Both the position numbers and the translations under genes were made by a program. 20,596 bases of DNA, taken from the NCBI GenBank assembly GCA_040081625.1, contig JBEBGD010000097.1, forward strand, positions 1 through 20,596, given 5' to 3'. Each line of letters starts with the position of its first letter. Position 1 is the first letter of the stretch. Shown one piece after another: positions 9,463-19,214 of this stretch. Below the pieces are notes generated by a model. The model ran no database searches. It was not told the origin of the DNA and saw nothing but the letters and a program-made list of their open reading frames with translations. The stretch comes from Chthoniobacteraceae bacterium (lineage in GTDB: Bacteria > Verrucomicrobiota > Verrucomicrobiia > Chthoniobacterales > Chthoniobacteraceae).

Positions 9463-11486
9463 CGATGGACTCCGCACCGCGCATCCTCATCGTCGATGAC
9501 AATCCCGCGATCCACGAGGACTTCCGCAAAATCCTCCAGGACGCGGGCACGCGCAACGTCGCGATCGAAGCGATGGAGTCGGTGCTATTCGATCAACCGG
9601 CGCATAGCCCGCACGAGACGCGGTTCGCGCTCGAGTTCGCGGCGCAGGGCCGCGAGGCGCTCGGAAAAGTCGAGCAGTCCATCGCTGCGTCGCGTCCCTA
9701 CGCGTTGGCGTTTGTGGATATCCGGATGCCGCCCGGCTGGGATGGGATCGAGACGATCGAGCATCTGTGGAAGGCCGACCCGGCACTGCAAGTCGTCATC
9801 TGCACGGCCTACTCCGACTACTCGTGGGAGAAGATGATCCAGCGGCTCGGCGTGAACGACAACCTGCTCATCCTCAAGAAGCCCTTTGACAACGTCGAGG
9901 TCCTCCAGCTCGCGTGCTCGATGACGAGGAAATGGCTGATGACGCAACGCGCGCGGCTGCGAATGGAGCAGCTCGACGCAATGGTCGCCGAGCGCACCAC
10001 CGAGCTGCGCCGCTCCGAGGAGCGCTTCGCCGTCGCCTTCCAAGCCAGCCCCATCGGTCTCGCCATCCAGTCCATCGACGAGGATCACTTCGTCGATGTG
10101 AACGCCGCCTTTGCCGCGCTCGCCGGCTGCACGCGCGACGAGATCATCGGTCGCACACCCATCGAGTTGCGACTGCTGATCGATCTCGGCGAAGACGGCG
10201 CGAACTCGCAGCGCGAGCGCAGTGCGCGACTCTCCGTCCGCGGAAGTGAACCGCGGCACGTGCTCGTGGCGACCGAGCGCATCACTCTCGGCGGTGCGCC
10301 GCACGCGTTGCTGATCGTGCAGGATGTGTCCGAGCGCGTGCAGCTCGAATCGCGGCTGCGGCAGTCGCAGAAGATGGAAGCGGTCGGCCAGCTCGCCGCG
10401 GGAGTGGCGCACGACTTCAACAACCTGCTCACCATCATCGAAGGCCACGCCAGCCTTCAGCTCGCGAGCGGAAATCTGCCGCCCGATGCCGTGCAGTCGA
10501 TGGAGCAAATCGAGCACGCCTCAGAACGCGCGGCGAATCTGACCCGGCAGCTCCTCACCTTCAGCCGCCAGCAAGTGCTGCGGCCGCGCGTGCTCCATCT
10601 CAATGAGGTGATTCACGGCCTGCTCGGAATGCTCGGGCGCATCCTCGGCGAACGCGTGGAGCTCGTGTGCGACTTCGCGACCGAGCTCCCGCTCATCCAT
10701 GCAGACCAGACGAGCATGGAGCAGGTCGTCATGAACCTCACCCTCAACGCCCGCGACGCGATGCCCGGCGGCGGACGCATCAGCTTCTCCACGGCCGAGC
10801 GCGACCTGCCCGCTGCTGCCGAGGGATTGCGGACCGGGCGTTACGTGTGCCTGCGCGTGGTCGATACTGGCGTCGGCATGTCGGACGCGACGCGGCTGCG
10901 GATCTTCGAGCCCTTCTTTACCACCAAGGACGCGACCAAAGGCACCGGGATGGGCCTCGCGACCGTCTATGGCATCATCCGCCAGCACGACGGCTGGATC
11001 GAGGTCGCCAGCGCGCCTGGCGATGGCGCGACCTTCAGCGCCTACCTGCCCGTCACCGACAAGCTGCCCGATCTCACCTGCCCGCCACCCTCGCAGCCCG
11101 CCACGCCGGGCGCGCACCAGACGGTCTTCGTCGTCGAGGACGACGCCTCGGTTCGCTCGCTCGTGCGCGAGATGCTCGAATCCTACGCCTACCGCGTGAT
11201 CGAGGCGGAAAGCGGGGATGCAGCGCTGGCGCGCTGGCCGCAGATCCGCGACGAAGTCGAACTGCTGCTGACCGACATGGTGATGCCCGGTGCGCACAAT
11301 GGCCTCGAACTTTCGCGCCGGCTGGTCGCCGACAAGCCCACGCTCAAGGTCATCTACACGAGCGGCTACAGCCCTGACCTTTTCTCCGGCGAGATCGATC
11401 TGGCCGAAGGTCGCAACTACCTGCCCAAGCCCTACCTCACCTCGCAGCTCATCGGCATCGTTCGTCAGGCGTTCGAGGGGAATTGA
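9459..11486 (+). CDS. Cytoplasmic hybrid histidine kinase REC-PAS-HisKA-HATPase-REC
   Basis: ATGA overlap with the previous gene. REC1 ([22 protein letters not shown]), PAS (ERF..AF.ASP, VN.AF), [42 protein letters not shown]2 ([22 protein letters not shown]). 675 aa. Confidence 0.95.
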   Translation: MTMDSAPRILIVDDNPAIHEDFRKILQDAGTRNVAIEAMESVLFDQPAHSPHETRFALEFAAQGREALGKVEQSIAASRPYALAFVDIRMPPGWDGIETIEHLWKADPALQVVICTAYSDYSWEKMIQRLGVNDNLLILKKPFDNVEVLQLACSMTRKWLMTQRARLRMEQLDAMVAERTTELRRSEERFAVAFQASPIGLAIQSIDEDHFVDVNAAFAALAGCTRDEIIGRTPIELRLLIDLGEDGANSQRERSARLSVRGSEPRHVLVATERITLGGAPHALLIVQDVSERVQLESRLRQSQKMEAVGQLAAGVAHDFNNLLTIIEGHASLQLASGNLPPDAVQSMEQIEHASERAANLTRQLLTFSRQQVLRPRVLHLNEVIHGLLGMLGRILGERVELVCDFATELPLIHADQTSMEQVVMNLTLNARDAMPGGGRISFSTAERDLPAAAEGLRTGRYVCLRVVDTGVGMSDATRLRIFEPFFTTKDATKGTGMGLATVYGIIRQHDGWIEVASAPGDGATFSAYLPVTDKLPDLTCPPPSQPATPGAHQTVFVVEDDASVRSLVREMLESYAYRVIEAESGDAALARWPQIRDEVELLLTDMVMPGAHNGLELSRRLVADKPTLKVIYTSGYSPDLFSGEIDLAEGRNYLPKPYLTSQLIGIVRQAFEGN

Positions 11487-11516
11487 GCGGCATCGAGCGC
11501 GCGGTGAATCGATTGC

Positions 11517-11545
11517 TTGCACCGGTTGCGGCCCGCATCTAGCCT
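11517..11545 (+). promoter_or_regulatory. Putative sigma70 promoter of tRNA-Cys
   Basis: TTGCAC, 17-nt spacer, TAGCCT, ending 18 nt before the tRNA. Confidence 0.6.
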
Positions 11546-11563
11546 CGGCGCCTTCGCGAAACT

Positions 11564-11638
<75 letters not shown>

Positions 11639-11823
11639 ATCAAGCATCCATCAGTCTTTGCGGCTGAGCAGGAGCTTGAAAAACTGCAAAGTTCGAACTG
11701 AAGCGCGGACACGTCCCCGGTTTCCTGCGCGTTTCCCGCAGCGTCCAAAGTGGCTTTGCGCGTGGTGCCGCAGGCGGTGGCGTCGAACGCGGAAATGTGG
11801 AGCAACGAATCTGCCTCATCGTG

Positions 11824-12897
11824 CTAACCGGCCGCAGTCCGGCGGCGCAACTGACCGCACGCCGCGTCGATGTCCGGGCCGCGTGAGCGGCGGAAATGGG
11901 TAACGAGATTTCTCGCGCGCAGGACTTCGGCGAAGGCTTCGGCCGTTTCGTCCGACGACGGCTCGTAAGCGATGCCGCGGAGGCTGAGGCCGGTGGGATT
12001 GTAGCGCAGCAAGTTGATGTGCATGCGGCGTGGGCCGAGCAATTCGGCGAGGAGACGGGCTTGCTCCGGCGAGTCGTTCACACCGGCGAGCAGGCAATAC
12101 TGGATCGTCACGGGTCGTCCGCGGCGGGCTTGAAAACGATCGGCCGCGGCGAGGATCTCCGCGATGGGAAAGCGTTTCCCCACCGGCAGCAAACGGGCGC
12201 GCGTGGCGTCGTCGGGCGCGTGCAGGGAAACGGCCAGGTGGATGTTCAGCGCGGAAGCGGTCAGGGCGTCGATGCCGGGCACGATGCCGACGGTCGAGAC
12301 GGTGATCTGCCGCCAGCCGAGCGCGCCGAGGGAATTATCCGCGAGCCGCCGCACGGCCGCGAGGACCGCGTCGAGGTTGAGCAACGGTTCGCCCATGCCC
12401 ATCAGGACGACGGTCTGAAGCTTGCGACCGACGGCCTGCGCCTCGCGCCGCAGAGCTAGGAACTGCTCCACCATTTCGCCGGCGGTGAGGTTGCGCTCGA
12501 AGCCGGTCTTCGTTGTGGCGCAAAAGTCGCAACCCATCGCGCAGCCCACTTGCGACGAAATGCAGCCCGCCGCGCGGTCCGCGCGAAAGTCCGGCATGAG
12601 CACCGATTCGACGGTGCGTCCGTCGGCGAGGCGAAGGAGCAGTTTGGTCGTGCCATCGGAGGCGACCTGCCGCGCGGCGAGTTTTGCTGCGCCGTGCGCG
12701 AACTCCGCGCGCACCATTTCCACCAAGCCCTGCGGCAGCGCTCGCGAGGTCGAGTCCGCGATTTCATCGCCGGAGTAAAACGCGCGGAGCACCCGCGCCG
12801 CGTGGCTCGGGTTGTAGCCCCACTCCGCGAACCGTTGCGCGAGGGTGCCGATTTCAAAATCGGCGAGCGCGGCAAGTTGGGAGATGGAGGACGACAC
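11824..12897 (-). CDS. rlmN: 23S rRNA m2A2503 / tRNA m2A37 radical SAM methyltransferase
   Basis: [63 protein letters not shown]. The start at GTG 12897 is inferred. Confidence 0.93.
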   Translation of the reverse strand: MSSSISQLAALADFEIGTLAQRFAEWGYNPSHAARVLRAFYSGDEIADSTSRALPQGLVEMVRAEFAHGAAKLAARQVASDGTTKLLLRLADGRTVESVLMPDFRADRAAGCISSQVGCAMGCDFCATTKTGFERNLTAGEMVEQFLALRREAQAVGRKLQTVVLMGMGEPLLNLDAVLAAVRRLADNSLGALGWRQITVSTVGIVPGIDALTASALNIHLAVSLHAPDDATRARLLPVGKRFPIAEILAAADRFQARRGRPVTIQYCLLAGVNDSPEQARLLAELLGPRRMHINLLRYNPTGLSLRGIAYEPSSDETAEAFAEVLRARNLVTHFRRSRGPDIDAACGQLRRRTAAG

Positions 12898-12904
12898 GCT
12901 GGCG

Positions 12905-12933
12905 CATCTAGTCGAGCGAGCGCCGCCCTGCAA
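12905..12933 (-). promoter_or_regulatory. Putative sigma70 promoter, leaderless rlmN
   Basis: Minus strand TTGCAG, 17-nt spacer, TAGATG, then 7 nt to the GTG. Confidence 0.4.
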
Positions 12934-13009
12934 CGCGATCGCGAACGACTCCGAGCGGGAATTACTTGTCAGCCTTGCTCAAGCTCCGTCTGTTTCGACC
13001 GACACACTC

Positions 13010-14851
13010 ATGGCGTCCAACTACACCGAAGCGAGCATCAAGACCCTCAGCTCACTCGAGCACATCCGACTCCGCCCGGGCATGTATATCGGCCGCCTCG
13101 GCAACGGCGCGCACGCCGAGGACGGGATCTACGTGCTGATCAAGGAGACGATCGATAACTCCATCGACGAATTCATGATGGGGCAGGGCCGGAAGATCGA
13201 GGTCGAGATCACCGACCGCAGCGTGAAGGTCCGCGACTACGGCCGCGGCATTCCGCTCGGCAAACTCGTGGACTGCGTCTCGATCATCAACACGGGCGCG
13301 AAATACGACAGCGAGACTTTCCAAAAAGCCGTCGGCTTGAACGGCGTCGGGCAGAAGGCGGTGAATGCGCTCTCGCTCAGCTACCGCGCACAGGCCATCC
13401 GCGAGGGCGAGACGAAGGTCGTCGATTTCGAGAAGGGCAAGCTCAAGACCCAGTCGCGCGTGACGAAGACCGACGAGCGCAATGGCACGCTCGTCGAGTT
13501 CACGCCCGACGAGGCGCTCTTCGGCAAGGACTTCAAATTCCGCACCGAGTTCATCGAGGACATGCTTTGGAACTACGCGTTCCTGAATCGCGGGCTCACG
13601 CTCATGCTCAACGGCAAACCTTTCCGCTCGCAGCACGGCCTGAAGGACCTGCTCACGAAGGAACTCAGCGGCGAACCGCTTTACCCGATCATCCACCTCG
13701 AAGGTGAAGACATCGAGATCGCGCTCACGCACGGCAATCACTACGGCGAGGAATACTGGTCGTTCGTGAACGGCCAGCACACCACGATGGGCGGCACGCA
13801 CCTCGCCGCATTCCGAGAGGCGCTCGTCGCGACGGTGCGCAACCACTTTAAAAAGGACTACGACGCCGCGGACGTGCGGCAGTCGATCGATGCGGCGATC
13901 GTGGTGCGCGTGCAGGAGCCGGTCTTCGAGTCGCAGACTAAGACAAAACTCGGCTCGACCGAGGTCGGGCCGAAGGGACCGACGATCAAGGAGTTCGTCG
14001 GCAAGTTTCTGCAGCAGTCGCTCGACACCTTCCTGCACAAGAACCGCGCGGTCGCAGAGGTCATCAAAAGGAAGATCGAGGAGAACGAGCACGAGCGGAA
14101 GGAACTCGCCGGCATCCGCAACATCGCCAAGGAACGCGCGAAGAAAGCGTCGCTCCACAACAAGAAGCTCCGCGATTGCCGCCTCCACCTCGGCGACAAA
14201 AACCCACGCGCGGAGGACAGCACGATCTTCATCGTCGAGGGCGATTCCGCCGCCGGCTCGCTCACCGCCACGCGCGACGTGCAGACGCAGGCGGTCTTCG
14301 CGCTAAAAGGAAAACCGCTCAACACCTACGGCCTCACAAAAAAGGTCATCTACGAGAACGAGGAGTTTCACCTCCTCCAGTCCGCGCTCAACATCGAGGA
14401 CGGTCTCGACGGACTCCGCTACAACAAGATCGTCATCGCCACCGACGCCGACGTGGACGGCATGCACATCCGACTGCTGCTGCTTTCGTTCTTCCTGCAA
14501 TTCTTCCCCGACGTCATCCGCAACAACCACCTCTTCATCCTGCAGACGCCGCTCTTCCGCGTGCGTAATAAGAAGGTCACGAAGTATTGCTACAGCGAGC
14601 AGGAAAAACAGGCCGCCGTCGCCGCGCTCGGCGCGAGCCATGAGATCACGCGCTTCAAGGGCCTTGGCGAAATCTCTGCCGGCGAGTTCAAGGATTTCAT
14701 CGGCGAGAACATCCGGCTCGACCCGATCAACCTCCATCACCTCCACAGCTCCGACGAGCTGCTCTCGTTCTTCATGGGGAAGAACACGTCCGAGCGGCAG
14801 GACTTCATCATCAACAATCTCCGCGTGGAGAAGGACCTGATCGAGGCTTAA
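13010..14851 (+). CDS. parE: DNA topoisomerase IV subunit B (type IIA topoisomerase B subunit)
   Basis: [70 protein letters not shown]. 613 aa from ATG 13010, without the long GyrB features. Confidence 0.9.
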   Translation: MASNYTEASIKTLSSLEHIRLRPGMYIGRLGNGAHAEDGIYVLIKETIDNSIDEFMMGQGRKIEVEITDRSVKVRDYGRGIPLGKLVDCVSIINTGAKYDSETFQKAVGLNGVGQKAVNALSLSYRAQAIREGETKVVDFEKGKLKTQSRVTKTDERNGTLVEFTPDEALFGKDFKFRTEFIEDMLWNYAFLNRGLTLMLNGKPFRSQHGLKDLLTKELSGEPLYPIIHLEGEDIEIALTHGNHYGEEYWSFVNGQHTTMGGTHLAAFREALVATVRNHFKKDYDAADVRQSIDAAIVVRVQEPVFESQTKTKLGSTEVGPKGPTIKEFVGKFLQQSLDTFLHKNRAVAEVIKRKIEENEHERKELAGIRNIAKERAKKASLHNKKLRDCRLHLGDKNPRAEDSTIFIVEGDSAAGSLTATRDVQTQAVFALKGKPLNTYGLTKKVIYENEEFHLLQSALNIEDGLDGLRYNKIVIATDADVDGMHIRLLLLSFFLQFFPDVIRNNHLFILQTPLFRVRNKKVTKYCYSEQEKQAAVAALGASHEITRFKGLGEISAGEFKDFIGENIRLDPINLHHLHSSDELLSFFMGKNTSERQDFIINNLRVEKDLIEA

Positions 14852-14869
14852 CCCTCCGCGATTTCAACG

Positions 14870-17023
14870 ATGCCCAAACGCAAGAATCCGAACGGAAATC
14901 AAACCGAGCTCCCACTGGACGCGGCGCCTGCTGCTGCGCCTCCGCCCGAACCGATCGCGAGCGGCGCGGCCTCCGATGCTGTCACTGAGCCCCAAGCCGC
15001 GGCGCTCGCGCCCACACGCCAGAAGGTCCAGGACGAGCAGGCGCCGCTCGCGCAGAGCTACCGCAACTGGTTCCTCGATTACGCGAGCTACGTCATCCTC
15101 GACCGCGCCGTTCCGCACATCGACGACGGCCTGAAACCCGTGCAGCGCCGCGTGCTGCACACGCTGTGGGACATGGACGACGGGCGCTTCCACAAGGTCG
15201 CGAATGTCGTCGGCGCGACGATGAAGCTGCATCCGCACGGCGATGCCTCGATCGGCGCGGCGCTCGTGTCCATCGGGCAGCGCGGCTGGCTCATCGAGCC
15301 GCAGGGGAATTACGGGAACACGCTCACGGGCGACGATGCCGCGGCGCCGCGTTACATCGAGGCGCGGCTCACGGCGTTCGCGAAGGACGTGCTCTTCAAC
15401 CCGAAGACGACGACGTGGCAGCTCAGCTACGACGGCCGAAACAAGGAGCCCATCACGCTTCCCGCGAAGTTTCCCATCGTGCTGCTCGAAGGCGCCGACG
15501 GCATCGCGGTCGGCCTCTCGACGAAGATCCTGCCGCACAATTTCAACGACCTCTGCCGCGCGGCGATCAATCATCTCCAGGGAAAAACCTTCCGCATCCT
15601 CCCCGACTTCCCGACCGGCGGCACCGCCGATTTCTCGGAATACAACGACGGCGAACGCGGCGGCAAGGTGAAGGTCCGCGCGACGATCGAGGAACGCTCG
15701 AAGTATCTGCTCGCGGTCACCGAGCTGCCTTACGGCGTCACCACCGAGTCGCTCATCGAGTCCGTCCTCGCCGCGAATGCGAAGGGGAAGATCAAGATCA
15801 AGCACGTGGACGACAACACGGCCGACAAGGTCGAGATCCTCATCCATCTCCCGCAGGGCTCCGAGCCGTCGAAGGTCATTCAGCAGCTCTACGTTTTCAC
15901 GAGCTGCCAGGTGCAGCTTAATCCCGCCGCCTGCGTCATCGTCCGCAACCCGCAGACCGGCGACGACAAGCCGCACTTCCTCGGCGTGCGCGACATCCTC
16001 AAGACCAGTGCCGAAGCGACGAGGGCGCTCCTCAAGCGTGAACTCGAGATCAAGCTCGGCGAGCTTGAACAGCAGTGGCACTGGGATTCGCTCGAACGCA
16101 TCTTCATCGAGGAGCGCATCTACCGCCTGATCGAGAAATCGAAGACCTGGGAAAGCGTGCTCGCCGAAATCCGCGGCGGCTTGAAGCCGTTCGTTCCCCA
16201 GCTTCGCCGCGAGGTCACCGAAGACGACATCGTCCGCCTCACCGAGATCCGCATCAAACGCATCTCCGCCTACAATCGCTTCCAGGCCGACGAGGCGATG
16301 AAGAAGATCGAGGAAGGGATCAAGGAGACGAAGGCGAACCTCAAGAACCTCACCGGCTACGCCGTCGCGTGGTTCGAGATGCTGCAGCAGAAATACGGCA
16401 AGGGCATCAAGCGGCGCACGAGCTACGACGAGATCGCGCAGATCGACGCGTCCGCTGTCGTCTCCGCGAACCAGCGTCTCTACGTGAATCGCAAGGACGG
16501 CTTCATCGGCCTCAACTGGCGCCAGCATGATTTCGTCACCGAGTGCACCATCCTCGACAGCGTGCTCTGCATCATGAAGGACGGCTCGCTCAAGGTCGCG
16601 AAGGTCGCCGACAAGGTGTTCATGGGCCGCGAGATCATCCACATCGCGATCTGGCCGAAAGACGGCGACTCGAATTTCTACACGCTGGTCTATCAGGACG
16701 GCGAAACGGGGAAGGCGTTCGCGAAGAAATTCCAGATTGGCGGACTCTCTCGCGACAAGCTCTACCCCTTGGCGAAGTCGGAGAAGTCGCGCGTCGTGTA
16801 TCTGGAAATCAGCGCCACGGAGAAAGAGATGCCCAAGACTCTCCACGTCTCGCTGGATGGCCGCAGCGGCGCCCGCGTGCGCGAACTCGACTTCGATCTC
16901 TCACGAGTGCCCGTGAGCACCCGCAGCTCAAAAGGCCTCACCATCACCAAGTGGTCGGTTAAGGAGGTCAAGGCCGTGGCTCCTGCGCCTTCGCCGTCAT
17001 CAAAGAGTCGGTCGAAGAAGTGA
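14870..17023 (+). CDS. parC: DNA topoisomerase IV subunit A
   Basis: YASYVILDRA.P...DGLKPVQRR, HPHGD, QGN.G, AAPRYIEARL (catalytic Tyr), GIAVG..T.I.PHN, PDFPTGG. Short C-terminal domain with no GyrA box. Confidence 0.9.
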   Translation: MPKRKNPNGNQTELPLDAAPAAAPPPEPIASGAASDAVTEPQAAALAPTRQKVQDEQAPLAQSYRNWFLDYASYVILDRAVPHIDDGLKPVQRRVLHTLWDMDDGRFHKVANVVGATMKLHPHGDASIGAALVSIGQRGWLIEPQGNYGNTLTGDDAAAPRYIEARLTAFAKDVLFNPKTTTWQLSYDGRNKEPITLPAKFPIVLLEGADGIAVGLSTKILPHNFNDLCRAAINHLQGKTFRILPDFPTGGTADFSEYNDGERGGKVKVRATIEERSKYLLAVTELPYGVTTESLIESVLAANAKGKIKIKHVDDNTADKVEILIHLPQGSEPSKVIQQLYVFTSCQVQLNPAACVIVRNPQTGDDKPHFLGVRDILKTSAEATRALLKRELEIKLGELEQQWHWDSLERIFIEERIYRLIEKSKTWESVLAEIRGGLKPFVPQLRREVTEDDIVRLTEIRIKRISAYNRFQADEAMKKIEEGIKETKANLKNLTGYAVAWFEMLQQKYGKGIKRRTSYDEIAQIDASAVVSANQRLYVNRKDGFIGLNWRQHDFVTECTILDSVLCIMKDGSLKVAKVADKVFMGREIIHIAIWPKDGDSNFYTLVYQDGETGKAFAKKFQIGGLSRDKLYPLAKSEKSRVVYLEISATEKEMPKTLHVSLDGRSGARVRELDFDLSRVPVSTRSSKGLTITKWSVKEVKAVAPAPSPSSKSRSKK

Positions 17024-17640
17024 CCCGCACCGACTTGAAACACCGCCGACACATCGCATACGCAGACGCCATCGCGGCGATGCTTGTCGGCGGCGCGATG
17101 GCAGGCGAGGCGCTGAAGCCGCACCCTCAGGCTGTGAAGAACACCCATCCGCCCGGCGAGGTGGATCGGCCTGAGATGGTGAAGTTCATCGTCGCCGACC
17201 TGGCGTCGCTGCCGGGCATCGTGGTCGATGAGACAGCAGCCGAACTGGTGGGCGAGTGGCAGTATTCCACGCACACGCCGCCATACGTCGGCCTCGGCTA
17301 CCTGCACGATATGAAGGCCGGCAAGGGCGCCAAGTCGGTGACCTTCACGCCGACGCTGCCCGCCGCCGGGTGGTATGAAGTGCGCCTTGCTCACTGCTAC
17401 AATGTCCGCCGCGCGACCAACACACCGGTGACCATCCACCATGCGGACGGCGACATTGCGGTGCGCATCAATCAGCAGGAGGAACCGTCACACGGGCGAC
17501 TCTTCCGCTCGCTGGGCACCTTCCGTTTCGAGGCCGGACGCGCCGGTTGGGTGCGCGTATCAAACGATGGCACCGACCCCGCCAAGGTGGTGATCGCCGA
17601 TGCGGTGCAGTTTCTGCCGGCGGAAAAGCCGCCGCGATGA
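17020..17640 (+). CDS. Golvesin / xanthan-lyase CBD-like beta-sandwich protein, probably exported
   Basis: LPGIVVD...A...G.W..ST....YVG.GY.HD...KG, F.P.LP..G.YEVR, RATN.PV.I.HADG, INQ, LG.F.F.AG, V.N.GT...VIADAVQF. The GTG overlaps the parC stop (GTGA); the start is uncertain. Confidence 0.75.
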   Translation: MTRTDLKHRRHIAYADAIAAMLVGGAMAGEALKPHPQAVKNTHPPGEVDRPEMVKFIVADLASLPGIVVDETAAELVGEWQYSTHTPPYVGLGYLHDMKAGKGAKSVTFTPTLPAAGWYEVRLAHCYNVRRATNTPVTIHHADGDIAVRINQQEEPSHGRLFRSLGTFRFEAGRAGWVRVSNDGTDPAKVVIADAVQFLPAEKPPR

Positions 17641-17749
17641 TGGATCCGAGTGCCTATTCCTTCTGATGAGCAGCGGCTTCTCCCGGATGAGGGAATCGGG
17701 TGGCCGACTGCCCGGCGTGCTCTGATCGGGGGCGTTCGCACGCGCCGCA

Positions 17750-17771
17750 CTGGCACCACCCGTGCTAAACT
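17750..17771 (+). promoter_or_regulatory. Putative sigma54 promoter (overlapping an extended -10) for the surface-polysaccharide genes
   Basis: CTGGCAC-CACCC-GTGCTA matches YTGGCAC-N5-TTGCW with exact GG-N10-GC spacing. TG-C-TAAACT overlaps it. Confidence 0.55.
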
Positions 17772-17784
17772 CACCACGCACTTC

Positions 17785-17859
17785 ATGAGCACCGCCGCCC
17801 TGTCTGGGCCGATCATTCCGTTTGCGCGGCGCACCGCCGCGGGTTTCGTCGCGCCATGA
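17785..17859 (+). other. Possible 24-codon upstream ORF (MSTAALSGPIIPFARRTAAGFVAP)
   Basis: First ATG after the predicted promoter. Its TGA overlaps the next ATG (ATGA). Confidence 0.35.
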
Positions 17860-19214
17860 TTCTTGCGGCCTGCTTTCTACTCGTCGGCTGGGTGATCGCG
17901 GTGCTGCTCACGCCGTGGACGATCCGCTTATCCCGCCGCGGCATCGGCATGGACGGCGCCACGGAGACGCGCAAGCAACAGGCCGAACCAGTTTCCCGGC
18001 TCGGCGGCGTGCCGGTGATGATCGCGGCGATGATCGGCCTCGCTGTAAGCGTGTGGATCAGCCCGAAGCCGGCCGCGGACTGGATGCCGGTCTTCGTCGG
18101 CAGCCTGCTCATGTTCGGGCTCGGACTGTGGGACGATCTCAAGCCGCTCGGCGCGCGGAAGAAGTTGCTCGGTCAGATCTTCGTCGCCTCGCTTGTCTTC
18201 TGGATGGGTCTGAGCATCGACAAGGTCACGTATCCCGGCGCGCGCTGGAGCGTGCAGCTCGACGGCTGGAGCTACTTCATCACCGTCTTCTGGCTCATCG
18301 CCGTGCCGAACATCATCAACCTCATCGACGGTTTCGACGGGCTCGCGGGCGGGCTGGGGCTCTTCCTCGCGGCGACGCTCGGCGTGGTGGCGATCCACAA
18401 TGAGCAGCTCGAAGTCGCGTGGTATGCGTTCACCATCGCGGGCGCGCTCATCGGATTCCTGACGTTCAACTTTCCCCCCGCGCGCATCTACCTCGGCGAC
18501 GGCGGCGCCTACTTGATCGGCTTCACCATCGCTGCGCTCTCGCTTACCAGTTCGAATAAGGCGTCGGTCGCCGCCGTGCTGCTGGTCACCGTCGTCGCGC
18601 TCGGCATCCCGATTCTCGACACGACCTTCGCGCTGCTGCGGCGCGCGATCCGCGGCTACCCGATCTTTCGCGCGGACGACGAGCACTTCCATCATCGCTT
18701 CGAACGGCTCGGGCTCGACAAGCGCCGCATCCTCATCGGCTTCTACGCCATCGCGGTGATCTTCAGCCTGCTCGGCTTGAGCATCATCTGGAGCCAGGGC
18801 CGTTCGCTGCCCATCGCCATCGGCGCGGTGTTCGCGCTCGCGCTATTTGCGTTTCGCTATCTCCACGACATCAGCGACTGGCGCGATCTCCGGCAGAAAG
18901 CCGAGCGGGTGATCAAGCGGCGCGGACACGTGCGATACGCGCTGCTCCAGGCGCAGTTGCTCGAACTCGAGATCGATCGCTGCAAGAACGGCGACGAGTT
19001 CTGGTCGCTGTTTCAGCACACCCTCCGGCGCGTCGGCTTCGTCGAGCGGGGTGAAGCCGCGGACGAGATCATGATCAGCGTGCGCTACAACGGCGCGACG
19101 CCATGGACGCTGCACGCGCCGACCGAGCACGGCACGCGCGAGGAATGGAAGCGCGTCGCGGAATGTTTTCGGCCCGTCTATGCCCGCGCAAAAGAGCGAT
19201 GGCCGACGAACTGA
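17856..19214 (+). CDS. WecA/TagO-like polyprenyl-phosphate HexNAc-1-phosphate transferase (MraY / glycosyl transferase 4 family)
   Basis: Multi-TM; RK.Q..PVSRLGG, GLWDDL, N..NLIDG.DGLA, FNFPPARIYLGDGG, PILDT, RR.....F.AD.EHFHHR. Has a soluble C-terminal extension. Confidence 0.9.
   Translation: MILAACFLLVGWVIAVLLTPWTIRLSRRGIGMDGATETRKQQAEPVSRLGGVPVMIAAMIGLAVSVWISPKPAADWMPVFVGSLLMFGLGLWDDLKPLGARKKLLGQIFVASLVFWMGLSIDKVTYPGARWSVQLDGWSYFITVFWLIAVPNIINLIDGFDGLAGGLGLFLAATLGVVAIHNEQLEVAWYAFTIAGALIGFLTFNFPPARIYLGDGGAYLIGFTIAALSLTSSNKASVAAVLLVTVVALGIPILDTTFALLRRAIRGYPIFRADDEHFHHRFERLGLDKRRILIGFYAIAVIFSLLGLSIIWSQGRSLPIAIGAVFALALFAFRYLHDISDWRDLRQKAERVIKRRGHVRYALLQAQLLELEIDRCKNGDEFWSLFQHTLRRVGFVERGEAADEIMISVRYNGATPWTLHAPTEHGTREEWKRVAECFRPVYARAKERWPTN

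Noticed and set aside
11683..11699. CTGCAAA plus GTTCGAA resembling a second tRNA-Cys fragment
   Set aside because: No stems or correct spacing; short matches compatible with chance.
11824..12897. Cfr-type resistance methyltransferase
   Set aside because: Has MGMGEPL and other RlmN-type motifs in a housekeeping context with no mobile element.
14864..16846. 660-aa antisense ORF, and similar ones at 2158-3453, 7948-9387, 13052-14188, 3752-4765, 49-915 and 10521-11639
   Set aside because: Shadow ORFs opposite well-supported genes, expected from high-GC codon bias, with no recognisable motifs.
13010..17023. Calling the pair gyrB/gyrA
   Set aside because: Short B subunit, divergent motifs (LKGKPLN, AAPRYIE) and no GyrA box fit topoisomerase IV better.
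17655..17700. CTGATGAG inside a weak stem (ATTCCTTC/GAGGGAAT), resembling a hammerhead core or fluoride riboswitch
   Set aside because: No GAAA after a stem II, and no pseudoknot complement to the upstream GATGGA.
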